Source: Thraustochytrium aureum
Taxonomy: Eukaryota
NCBI GenBank assembly: GCA_012862495.1
Contig: BLSG01000090.1
Coordinates: 1 to 64,000, forward strand
Direction: 5' to 3'
DNA: 64,000 nucleotides
Shown here: one piece after another, positions 12,240 through 22,700 of the stretch
How positions within the stretch are numbered: the first letter of the stretch is position 1
How the letters are laid out: every line of letters starts with the position of its first letter
The notes under the pieces: model-generated
The model's database searches: none
What the model saw: the letters and a program-made list of their open reading frames with translations, nothing else
What the model was told of the DNA's origin: nothing
Position numbers and translations under genes: made by a program

Positions 12240-13919
12240 ATGGCGAGCCTCGTGCGCCCCCGCGAGAGCCTGCGCAGGCTGAGCAGAAGGGTCGTTGCGC
12301 AGTGGGGCAGGTTGCAGCGGGCGGAGCGTAGTGCGGCCCAACTGGACCGGCCAAACAAAGCGGTCAATGGCTGCAGGGCAGAGGACGAAGTGGGGCCAGA
12401 AGAGCATCGCTCCTGCATGGAGCTTGAACAGGTGGTAGAAAACCTGGCCAGCGAGAACCCTACGAAGCGCGCCCTGGGCATCGACGGCCTGGCCAGCCTT
12501 GCGCTCGGCAACGCAGCAGCTGGCCGCGCCGTGGCCCGCGCTGGGATCGTAGCGCGCCTTGCTGAGCTCTTGGAGAAGTCCAGCACTGCGCCCGAGATGC
12601 AGCTCCGTGTCGCAACCGCGCTGGCCGAGGCGACCGAGGTCCCCATTGTCGCACGGAGTGCGAAAGCAGCCGCCCTTCCCTTGGTGCGACTCCTGCGCCA
12701 GATGGAGCAGAAGAGCACGCGGGTCGGCGCCGAGGTCGTGCGTACTGTTCGCAACGTTGGGGAGACGCGCGACGGGGCACGCGCTCTGATCAAGCATGGC
12801 GCGCTCGAGGCGCTCGCCGCCGCGCTGGCAAACGATTCCGCGGGAAAGCTGGCTGCGCCGTGCGCGCAAGCGATTCGCGCTGTTGCGCGTCACGCGAGCC
12901 CCCGGCGGCACATCTCGCGCCTCGTCAAACTGGCAGACCCGCTGGCTTTGCTAGTGCGCGAGCCGCCTTCGGAAGAGGCGCGCCGCCATGCCTACCTCGC
13001 CCTCTCGAGCCTCAGCGAGCACGAGCTATTCAGCAAAGAGCTCTTGCGCTGCAACCCCGCTTTTTGCAGCCGCGTCCTCGCCGACATCGGCCTCAGCGGC
13101 TCCCCGTCTCGGTTGCCCGCTTTCGTCACCATCGNNNNNNNNNNNNNNNNNNNNNNNNNNNNNNNNNNNNNNNNNNNNNNNNNNNNNNNNNNNNNNNNNN
13201 NNNNNNNNNNNNNNNNNNNNNNNNNNNNNNNNNNNNNNNNNNNNNNNNNNNNNNNNNNNNNNNNNNNNNNNNNNNNNNNNNNNNNNNNNNNNNNNNNNNN
13301 NNNNNNNNNNNNNNNNNNNNNNNNNNNNNNNNNNNNNNNNNNNNNNNNNNNAGCGAGCACGGCTCGCTTCGACGGCCTCGGGCTCCTCGACCACGCTGCG
13401 GCCTTTATTGTCTCGCCGGAGGACGCCGAGCTTGCCCGTGAGGCATGTTGGGTGCTCAGCAACGCGCCGCTCACGTCTCCAAGTGCGCTCGACGAGCTGC
13501 TCGATCTGGGCGTGTTCTCCGCCGCCGTGGAATTGTTGGGGCATAGCGACGCCGAGCTTGGGGCTCGGGCGGCGCGTGTGCTTCTAGGGCTCGTTTCTGC
13601 CGCTCGGACGCCCGACCACGCCAGCATGGTCGACTCGACAGCGTTTCGCGACGCGCTGGCGGACTATGTTGGCGGCGATGCGTTGCCGCCACCAGTGGTT
13701 GGCGCGGCCTGGAAGATCCTGGTTGTGGGCCTTTCCAAGCTGAACGACTTTGGGCTTTCGCCAGCGTCGGTGGTGGAGGGCCATCGCCTCGCAGCGCTGG
13801 CCCAGGGAGGCGCGCAGGCGGGCATTCGCGAGGCAGAGATTGTCCACGCTCTTGTCACTGGCTCTCCCCTGCCGTGCCGCCCCGCGGCTGATTCAGTCGC
13901 GAGCACCTTTTCGAGTTAG
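12240..13919 (+). CDS. Armadillo-repeat protein (internal gap)
   Basis: ARM-like helical repeats: AGIVARLAELL, ALIKHGALEALAAAL, REACWVLSN, DLGVFSAAVELLG. Confidence 0.75.
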   Translation: MASLVRPRESLRRLSRRVVAQWGRLQRAERSAAQLDRPNKAVNGCRAEDEVGPEEHRSCMELEQVVENLASENPTKRALGIDGLASLALGNAAAGRAVARAGIVARLAELLEKSSTAPEMQLRVATALAEATEVPIVARSAKAAALPLVRLLRQMEQKSTRVGAEVVRTVRNVGETRDGARALIKHGALEALAAALANDSAGKLAAPCAQAIRAVARHASPRRHISRLVKLADPLALLVREPPSEEARRHAYLALSSLSEHELFSKELLRCNPAFCSRVLADIGLSGSPSRLPAFVTIXXXXXXXXXXXXXXXXXXXXXXXXXXXXXXXXXXXXXXXXXXXXXXXXXXXXXXXXXXXXXXXXXXXXXXXXXASTARFDGLGLLDHAAAFIVSPEDAELAREACWVLSNAPLTSPSALDELLDLGVFSAAVELLGHSDAELGARAARVLLGLVSAARTPDHASMVDSTAFRDALADYVGGDALPPPVVGAAWKILVVGLSKLNDFGLSPASVVEGHRLAALAQGGAQAGIREAEIVHALVTGSPLPCRPAADSVASTFSS

Positions 13920-14666
13920 TTCGAGGAGAACCGCAGCGACTCCAGCGACACGCCCACAGCGGCCCATTGTGCGTCGTCCGAGCTCTGTCGTCGTGCGGCG
14001 GCACGGCATCCCTTACCTTTCTTTAGAATTTTTATTGCTGTTGTGTCATCGAATGTAGCGCGAAGCCCTGTGTCTGTCGCACACAAGGCACCTCGTCGGC
14101 GCGGCAGAAACCCGCTGCGCGTTCTTCAGCAGTTGAGAGCTCGGGCTCGCTTGCCTGATTCATCGCCAGCGCCGCCCGACGAGTGCCAGCCGGCGCTGCA
14201 ATGGCAGGATGGACGTTTAGTGCGGGGGCTCATTCCCAGGAAAGGCCTCTTGGGCAATCCATCAAAGCGCTGTTCTCGGCCACCACCACGACGTCCCACG
14301 GACCGTGAGAGAAACCAGCAGCGCAGCGCCGCACGTCTCGTTGGCAGTCACAAGCTCGTCGACCACGTCATCCCGGGAGCCTCGTGACGTGCGTCGTCTC
14401 AAGAGCGGATTGGACGGACGCGCGCTGGTCGGCGAGTGACGCGGAGACGACCCGATGCGGCCTTTTGCGCGAATTGCGTACCCTTCATTCGCGGAACAGT
14501 TCAAGTAGCCCGGCGCTGCGGAGTGGGCTGCGGGCGTGGACGTCCAGGGCGAGACGCTGCTCGAACCTGGCGAACCGCGCGACGTCGTGGTAAATCGATC
14601 AATCAATCGACCGATCGGACGACTAGATCGCTCGCTGCACGGCGACTGCGTTTTGCGCGAGCGACG

Positions 14667-15479
14667 ATGCTGGACCTGGTTGCGCTCGCTGCAGGTGGCG
14701 CGGCTGGGCTCGCGGTGGACGTGAGCTTGTTCCCGATTGACACGGTGAAGACGAGGCTCCAAGCGCCTGCTGGGTTTTGGAAGAGCGGCGGGTTTCAAGG
14801 GATTTACCGCGGGATCGGCAGTGCAGCGGTTGGCTCGGTGCCCGGCGCTGCCCTCTTCTTCGGGACATATGAGAATACAAAGCCGATTGTGGGCCGCATA
14901 TTCGGCGAGAACAGCGCAGCATCGCACATGGCTGCCGCCTCCATGGGCGAGGTTGCGGCTTGCCTTGTCCGCGTGCCGACGGAAAACGTCAAGCAAAACC
15001 TCCAAGCAGGCCGGTTCAAGACCACTTCCGAGGCCCTGCGTGCCATTCTGGCGGAGAGCGGCCCTAAAGGGTTTTTGAAAGGCTATACGTCCACCGTGAT
15101 GCGCGAGATCCCGTTTTCGATGATCCAGTTCCCTATTTGGGAAGGGCTCAAAGTCAAGCTCGGCCAGATGCACGAGGACGGCCAGTGCCGGTCGTGGGAG
15201 TCGGCAGCCGCAGGGTCCCTCTCTGGGGCTTTTGCTGCAGCAGTTACCACGCCCCTTGACGTGGTCAAAACGCGCCTCATGCTCCGCGTGGACGTGAACG
15301 GCGTTCCATACACGAGCATGGTGTCCACGTTCAAGCGGGTAGCCACCGAAGAAGGGTTCGGGGCGCTCTTGTCGGGGATCGGCCCGCGGACGATGTGGAT
15401 TGGGATAGGAGGCTTTGTTTATTTTGGTGTCTACGAAAAGTCGCGCGCGCTGTTTGCGCCGCAAGATTCCAGCAAGTGA
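14667..15479 (+). CDS. SLC25A26: Mitochondrial S-adenosylmethionine carrier
   Basis: Three carrier signatures PIDTVKTRLQ, PTENVKQ, PLDVVKTR. SAM-carrier motifs GSVPGAALFF, GEVAACLVRVP, REIPFSMIQFP. Confidence 0.92.
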   Translation: MLDLVALAAGGAAGLAVDVSLFPIDTVKTRLQAPAGFWKSGGFQGIYRGIGSAAVGSVPGAALFFGTYENTKPIVGRIFGENSAASHMAAASMGEVAACLVRVPTENVKQNLQAGRFKTTSEALRAILAESGPKGFLKGYTSTVMREIPFSMIQFPIWEGLKVKLGQMHEDGQCRSWESAAAGSLSGAFAAAVTTPLDVVKTRLMLRVDVNGVPYTSMVSTFKRVATEEGFGALLSGIGPRTMWIGIGGFVYFGVYEKSRALFAPQDSSK

Positions 15480-15700
15480 CTGGCGCGAGAGTTCGAGCGG
15501 CTCGAGGGCGCTCGCGCCAATGATGGCCTGCCTCCACCCGGGCGCGGCCCCACGGCATGCCTGTCCTCTTGCGCAGACGGCGCCATGATAGTCTACGCAC
15601 GCACGCAAGAAGCGAACAATTGAGAAACGCGCCCCAAGTCAGCTCGGCTGCATGTTTACATTTCTAAAGGTTGAAGCGACGGCACGACAGTGGCCGGCCG

Positions 15701-17407
15701 CTAGAACAGCTGCTTGAAGCTCTCCACGGTGCATATGATCGTGGTCAAAATTGAAAACACAAAGAGCGCCCAGGCTGTGATAAACCTCGAGTCCTTTCCG
15801 CGGGGGTGCCAAAACCCGGCCGGGCTGCGGATCTTTATGTAGAACGCCGCTGGAAAGACAAACGAGAGGATCATGGCCACCGAGCTCCCTGTGATGTTCC
15901 ACACCGTCTCCACGCCCGGGATGAGAAACATGCTCACGACGACCAGCACCAGGATCCCAGACGTTGACGCGACATGTTCCAACCCCTCGCGCGAGAACAA
16001 ATCCAAGTGCTCGAGCATGGCGCGAGCCAAGTGGCGCTCCTGGCGGCGCAAATGCGGCGTGCGAAACTCGGGGCTGTCGGGGCTGTCGATGATCGTGAGG
16101 TCGTCGTCGCCGGGCGAAATAGCGCTAATCCGCCCCGGCGCCGCCATCAAGGCGTCCTGGTCGCCGCTCGAGCTTGCGTCGGCCCTGAGGAGGGCGGCGT
16201 CGGCGCCATCAGGCGTGCCGAGCCCGAGGCCCGAGCCCTCCAGGGCGTCCGCGTTCTCGTCCGCGAAACGCACGTAGCGGTTGGATGCACCTTCGGAGCT
16301 CTCGGCCGCGCGGGCCGCGGTGGAGTTCTTGCGGCGCGACGGCGAGCCGAGTTCATGCAGGAGCCGCAAGAGCGTGTCGCGGCAGGGGAGCACCAGCAGG
16401 GGAAAGCTGAGCAGAATCGCCATAAGGAATCCAGCGCGGCCCACGTTGATGAGGGCGTCGTCAAAGTCGAAGGCGTTGAGGATGTCGCCAGGAACCCCGT
16501 CCGTGCACTGGGTGGCAGCGACAGTCCCGTCCGCCGCGAAAGCTGGCTTGCACTTGTGGTCAAAGGCGTAGAGGTAGCCAGAGAAGCTGACTAGGAGGTA
16601 GAAGAGCATGGCCGACGTGATGGTGAAGAACACCACCTGGTCCAGGCGCCGCCGCGTCGGCTTCCTAAGGCCCACGTGGACCGGCAGCAGGTTGAAGTGC
16701 GCCATAAAGCTCAATTCCATGAACGGCAGCGCGTACAAGGTGTCGTCCACGGCGCCGCTTGCAATCTTGAGGTCTTTGACGCGGATGGGGCGCTCGTGCG
16801 CGCGGTCCACGCACCGGTACACGACCGCAAAGCTCAGCACGCAGAGGGCGACGAGCGACACGAGGCTTGTGAACCGGAGAGAGTGGAGCGACTTTGCGAA
16901 ACAGAGCGGTGCGACGGGCATCAGGAAAAGCAGCGCGATCCAGTTCTGCGTGCTCTTCCCCGTGCTATGGCCGATCACGTAGCTCTCCATTAGCGGAACC
17001 GCCAGATCGCGAGCGAGGATCAGGTATGCGATTGAGGCCAGGAAGGTCATCATGATCAGCAAGCCCATGGTCACAAACTTGATCCTTGGCCCGAAGGCCT
17101 TCTCTCCGCACTCTTCGTAGTTTTGCGCCCCGGTGCGCCGTGAGCAGCTCAGCAGGAGCCTCATCGAATACCCGCTCAGGACGCCGCTCACAGTAAGGTA
17201 AAACAGCCCCAGGCCGAGGCCAGTCCTCTGAAACGCGTAGGGCAGCGAGAGGCACCCGCCGCCCACGAGCGTCGCTACCAGGCTAAACACGGAGGTGCTC
17301 CGCGAGGTCACCCGGCTTGGGTGGTCCATCGCCGGAAACAGAATCGCTTGCCTGTCGGCTGCCGACCCCAGCGACCCCACCGACAGGACAGAATCCGAGC
17401 GCTCCAT
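15701..17407 (-). CDS. Amino acid transporter, AAAP/SLC38 family
   Basis: ATLVGGGCLSLPYAF, NYEE, LRFTS, FMAHFNLLPV, SFPL...PCR and about 11 TM helices. Confidence 0.9.
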   Translation of the reverse strand: MERSDSVLSVGSLGSAADRQAILFPAMDHPSRVTSRSTSVFSLVATLVGGGCLSLPYAFQRTGLGLGLFYLTVSGVLSGYSMRLLLSCSRRTGAQNYEECGEKAFGPRIKFVTMGLLIMMTFLASIAYLILARDLAVPLMESYVIGHSTGKSTQNWIALLFLMPVAPLCFAKSLHSLRFTSLVSLVALCVLSFAVVYRCVDRAHERPIRVKDLKIASGAVDDTLYALPFMELSFMAHFNLLPVHVGLRKPTRRRLDQVVFFTITSAMLFYLLVSFSGYLYAFDHKCKPAFAADGTVAATQCTDGVPGDILNAFDFDDALINVGRAGFLMAILLSFPLLVLPCRDTLLRLLHELGSPSRRKNSTAARAAESSEGASNRYVRFADENADALEGSGLGLGTPDGADAALLRADASSSGDQDALMAAPGRISAISPGDDDLTIIDSPDSPEFRTPHLRRQERHLARAMLEHLDLFSREGLEHVASTSGILVLVVVSMFLIPGVETVWNITGSSVAMILSFVFPAAFYIKIRSPAGFWHPRGKDSRFITAWALFVFSILTTIICTVESFKQLF

Positions 17408-17603
17408 CGCTCGTCCACCGCCGCAGGCCGGCCGTCCAGCGAACCACAACCCCGGCCCGACGCCTCACCGGCCCGCTCGTCGGTCGCTCAACCGCTGGCC
17501 GCACGGTGGGCACAAGACACTCCCCAATACTCTGCTCTGCTCACCACCGGCAGCGCCAGCCAGCCAGCAGCATGGAGGCCGACGTCGAGTCGGGAGCTGC
17601 TCC

Positions 17604-17654
17604 CTGCTGCTGCTGCTCCCTGCTGCTCCCTGCTGCTGCTGCTGCTGCTGCTGC
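17604..17654 (-). repeat. Imperfect (CAG)n microsatellite upstream of the SLC38-type gene
   Basis: (CTG)n on the + strand. Confidence 0.95.
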
Positions 17655-18058
17655 GTTATTACTATTACAGCGGGTCAGGACCTCCCTGCACCAGAAGACC
17701 AGAGCCTGGCTCTTGAAGCAGAAAAAGGGGACCCGCAGCGCCGCGTCAACCTTGTAGATACGTGCAGGGAGGCCCCAGTTCAAGGGCCAGAGGAACCACC
17801 CTTTGGGAAGCGGTCGCTCTTGAAGTGACTACACAGGAGAGGGCGCCTGAGTGTAAGCAGCAGGGAGGCACCCAAGGGCTTTACTACTACGGTAAAGGAA
17901 GCGGTCGATGTTTCAAGAACTCACCGAAGGGGACCCGCGAGTATTGAAACAAAATTCAAGGGAGGGCTCCGCGCAAGGAATAGAGGGAACCCCCTTTGCA
18001 GTTGGTGCAGCGCCGCGTTCGTGGGGTCAGTGCCGCGTTGGGTTTGGGGCAGGACGCG

Positions 18059-19111
18059 ATGGAGGTGCCGCTGACCGAGGCGGAGCGAAGGCGGCGCGAA
18101 GCGAGGGCGGCGCGTTTTGCGCTGCCCGCGCCGTGCGAGGAAGCGAAGCGCAGGGCTCCGCAGGCCAAGCCGTCCCGCAAGGCGCACAAGCGCGCCAGGG
18201 CGAACTCGTACCTGGAAGGCACATGCCTGGACCTTGAAAAGCCCTACATCCGCCTGACAAGCGCGCCAAACCCGAGCACCGTTCGGCCGCTCGCTGTCTT
18301 GAAACAGTCGCTGGCGCTGGTCAAGAAAAAGTGGGCCGAGCGTGGGTGCTACACGTATGCGAACGAGCAGCTCCGCAGCATTCGCCAAGACCTGACGGTC
18401 CAGCGGTGCGAAGAGAGGCCAGAGGCGCTCCTCTTCGCCATTAGGGTGTACGAGACGCATGCGAGGATCTCGCTCAAGTCGGACGACTTGCTCCAGTTCA
18501 ACCAGAGCCTGACCGCCGTCCGCGGCCTCTACGAAAAGGTGTTGCCGGCGCACCCAGACGCAAAGCGCGCTTTGAAAAACTGCGCCGAGTTTCTGGCCTA
18601 CGCCATTCTGTACGCAACGCTCTTCGAGGAGTGGACCACGCTCAACTTGCTGGCGCTCAAACACAGGGACAGCGCGGAGGCGAAGTGCGTCAGGTTTGCG
18701 TGGCTGGTTGTTAGCGCCGTCCGCGAGGACCGCCACGACCTGTTCTTTCGAATGCTGCAACTACCGACCGCGCCATTCTTGTCCGCCTACTTCCTGCGCC
18801 GGATGTCGCTTGCGCAGCGCAAAGCCGCTTTTGCGGCTATGTGCTCCTCGGCAAGCACTGACCGCCTGCCGCTGAAATTTGCCAAAAACGCCTTGTGCTT
18901 TGACAACGGTTCAAGCGAGGTCATGCTCACGTTTCTCAACGAGCAGGGTGCGCGGCTCCTCCGGGGCTCGTCTGCCTCGGCCAAGGCGGACCTCGTTGAC
19001 ATTTCGGCGTTCCGCAACAAACCAGCCGCGGCCTCCGCAGTTCGGCCTTGCGCAGGGCCGCTACTTGCCGAGCCCAAGCGCAAGCGCAAGCGCAAGCGCC
19101 GTCAGGCCTGA
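18059..19111 (+). CDS. SAC3/GANP/THP3 family protein (LENG8/Thp3-like)
   Basis: GTCLDLEKPYIRLTSAP, VRPLAVL, EQLRSIRQDLTVQ, VYETHARISL, QFNQ, EFLAYAILY and a C-terminal basic NLS-like tail PKRKRKRKRR. Confidence 0.9.
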   Translation: MEVPLTEAERRRREARAARFALPAPCEEAKRRAPQAKPSRKAHKRARANSYLEGTCLDLEKPYIRLTSAPNPSTVRPLAVLKQSLALVKKKWAERGCYTYANEQLRSIRQDLTVQRCEERPEALLFAIRVYETHARISLKSDDLLQFNQSLTAVRGLYEKVLPAHPDAKRALKNCAEFLAYAILYATLFEEWTTLNLLALKHRDSAEAKCVRFAWLVVSAVREDRHDLFFRMLQLPTAPFLSAYFLRRMSLAQRKAAFAAMCSSASTDRLPLKFAKNALCFDNGSSEVMLTFLNEQGARLLRGSSASAKADLVDISAFRNKPAAASAVRPCAGPLLAEPKRKRKRKRRQA

Positions 19112-19755
19112 CGTCTCTGCCCTTGGCTGCCGCCCGTGCTGGCGCTGATCGTCTGCGAGCAACCTTGCCTATTTCTGAGCAAGTGAAAACGGCCCACGCC
19201 GATTCCCGCCTGCCCGAAAGAGCACCACGCTCAACTCACGCAACGGACGACTCGAACGCAGAACAAGCAGCAGACTCGGCACACAACACAGCTCACGCTA
19301 GACTGCAGGCCCCCACGCCGGCATCGCAGCGTCTTCCTCAAGGGGACAAAACCTCTCGCAACTCTGGGCAACCTTCAGAGCGCAACAACGCGCTCGACGC
19401 ACAAGGCTGCACTCGCTCGGCCCGCGTGCAGATGTACGTACGCGCTGACGCAGATGCACGCGCTGACGCAGGCGGCCTCTCATCATGACCATTGGCGAGT
19501 CTCTGAGTTGATGTTCGTTCTGTTCTCATAAACGTCCTTCTGTCCCAGTTGTTGATCAACGGCACTCGAGAGTCGAGACCGCCAGACCCGACCTCGCTCT
19601 GGGCGGCCGGCCGAGGAAGGCAGGCGCTCCCGCTGGCTGCTGCCTGGCGCGGCTCGCTCGCTCCAGAGTGGCCCGGCGCGTTGACGGGCTTGTCAGGGAA
19701 GCCCGCCCCCTGTCCCAACCGCCTTCGGGAGAGAGAAGGCGCGCGGACGTTCGCC

Positions 19756-22700
19756 ATGCACGGCATGGCGCAACCGAACGGGAAACGAAGCCCTCCGCGA
19801 GCAGGACCCGCCATGGGCGGGAGTCGAGGCGCGGGCTTGAGTCGAGGGTACAGAGAGAACGCCGCCATGGAGCTCGGCCAGTCGCAACGCGCGGCTAGCC
19901 TCGCGATGAGCATGCAGGACGAGCAACTCGACGAAGAGTCACTTGGTGAACTTTTGCCGCTTTTGGCTCATCCCGAGCCAGCATTCAGACAGCTCGGCCT
20001 TCACGCACTGAGCGGATCTCGTTGGGCACTCTGCGAGGTTCTGCAGGCAAACTTGGAGGCTCAATGCGCCTTCGTGTCTGCGGTTTCAGAGGTAGCTGTC
20101 GCGGACGAATCGCTTTCGAATCAGATCAGCGCCTGCATTCTCGTTGGCCGCTGCATCAGCCACCTTAGCGCCCCGACCGCACTGAGTGAAGCCATATGCG
20201 TGTGTGGGTCTGCTGCTTTCCGGCTGTTCTGCGAGGCGTTTGATCGCAAGGACCTCGAGGCATGCGTTGTTGCAACGGCTGCTTTTGGGCCCTTCCTTGA
20301 ACACGGACAGCCCGAGGCGCTTCGCGAAGAGCGCATCGCGCGGTTCAAGCGCGAGGCATCGAGCGTTCTGAGCATGGCGTGCGTTGCAGCAGAGCGGAAT
20401 CGAGGCGCCGCAAGTGTGTCGGCGTCTCAGCTCTCGCGAGAGATGGACCACCCGCTCTTGGTTACAGCAGTGCTTCGTGCGCTGCGTGAAAACCTGCACG
20501 ACTCCCCAAAGCGGCGCTCGTCGGTCATTGACCCAATATCTACCTTTGTTCGAAGGCTATTCCTGGAGCAGTCCCTGAGCGGCCTGCGCAACCGCCAACT
20601 GCATCCCGCTGTGCTCGAGGAGGCAAGCCGGTTCTTGTGCAAGTGGTGGATTGTGCCACACGACACGTACATTCGCGCCCTCTCTCCCGTGCTTGTCCGG
20701 CGGATTCTTCTCAGGAACGACCACGGCTTCGCATCCCAATCCTCCGCAGCCGTCCCGGACGACCTCAAGGCTTTGTTCCAACGAGCAGCACGCCAACGTG
20801 CAAGAGCCGGGTTTCGCGCTCGCTTGCACGAAGAGACCAGACGTAGCAAGACGCCGCCGAGCGATCGGGCAGCTCCAGCACTGTCCACCCGCGACCCCGA
20901 TGCTCTTGCCCTCCAGCGGGGTGCTGAAGAAGGGTCGCAGCGGCGCCGAGCAGGGCCGCAGGGCGGCTACATCGCGCGCCGCTTCTTGGCCCTGCGCTGG
21001 CAAACACGACGATCGAGGCAACGAGGCAATGCTAGCCGAGCGCAAAAGCCCAAAGCCGCACCTGCCGAGCCAAGCTCCCCTGGTGCAAGCCAAAGTGCAC
21101 AGGCGGGGTACGGCGCTACTCTGGGGGGCGGCGAAGAAGATCGCGACAGCGACGTCAGTAGTGTCGATGTCGCGGGCTACGATTGGAGCGACGAGGATTC
21201 GGACGAGGACAACAGTGACAGCGAGGCCGGCCTTAAGCGGATTGCCCTCGAAGACTCGCTCGCCAACGACGTTGAGAGCACGGTCACCTTTGGACTGCGG
21301 CGTCCACTCGTTGTATTCTCAGGGCCGTCCAACGCAATAACGCTCCACCTCACCAACCGGTCACCAGACAGACGCGAGGTTTTCGCCCTGCAGGCGTACC
21401 CACCAGAGTTTTTCTACGCCGTCCCGGCGTTTGGCGTCCTGCAACCGCGAAGCTCGGTGCAAGTTCGGGTCGAGTTTGTGCCGCAAGCGGGCAACAGAGC
21501 CCTCACGGCAACGAAAATTGGAGGTTTTCTTCGCGTGAGGACTGCGGACGGATTTCCGGGCGAGCGAATCGCGCTTTCTGCCTTTCACGGGCCGCTCCTC
21601 CGCGTATTCGATTCCGACCTCGACTTCGGGTATGCCCCAGAGGCGCTCGGCCACTCATCTTCCGTTCACTGCAGAGTCCTTCCGCTCTACATTGCAAACG
21701 AGTCCCCCGTGCCTTCGAATTGCTCAGTCGAGCTCGACAGCCCCGATTCCCCTTTCTCCGTGTCGAGGCCGTACAACTTGCTCCTTCCTGGCCAAGTGCT
21801 GCAAATTGATGTGCGCTTCAAGCCCACAGAGCCGAAGCGCTTCGTTCATACGCTCCACATAACGGGCGTGGGCGGCGAGGCCCACCGCGTCACGCTGCGT
21901 GGGCACGGGGGGCAGCCTCTTCGCGTCTTGGTGGACACCCTCGACTTTGGCAATGTTCCACACGACCCGAGCCACCGACACCGGCGCGCGATCAGCCTTG
22001 AGAACGTGGACGAGGCAATTAGCCTGAGCGTCGCGTTCACCTCGACCAAGCCTGGCCAGCTCGACGCTTCTTCGGTGGTTCTGGCCCCACGCCAGCGCGT
22101 AGAGGTAGCGGTTGAGCTATCACCCGCTTTCCCTGGCCAATTCGAGGGAGACCTCACCGTTCTCGCCCCGCAGTGCCGGCCAACGTCCATACCCGTGACA
22201 GCGTTCGTTGGAAACGCAGTCGAGCTCGTCCACGCGCGCGACGTGTTCTTCCCTGTCCAGTCTCCTGGTGTCGACAGTCGTCATGAACTATGGGTCATCA
22301 ATCGCACTGCGGCGAGCTGCGAATTCCTGCTAGACCTGCCTCGCGACACCTGCTTCGCCCTGGAGCTTGCGCAAAAAGGCCGCGAGGTCGCCCTGCTGAA
22401 TGGCGGCGAGCGCATCATGCTCGAGGCGCACGAGGCAGCCCAGCTCACGGTTGTGATCTGCCCATCGGAGACCGGTTTCTTCCGCTCGCCTTTGCGTGTC
22501 GAGCTCGTTCACCCTGCGCGCGCCAGCGTCGGGCCCTGGTATTTGATGTGCGCTGTAGTTGGGCCCACGAATCCCGGCCAGGCTCTGCTCGCGTCTCCAC
22601 AAGCAACCGGACAAGAACCCGCTGTACTGCAGCGACGCTCGCGCCCGCTCTCGTTGGCCGCGCTTCACCGCCTCTTGGCGCTTGAAACCTCTGGCGCAGT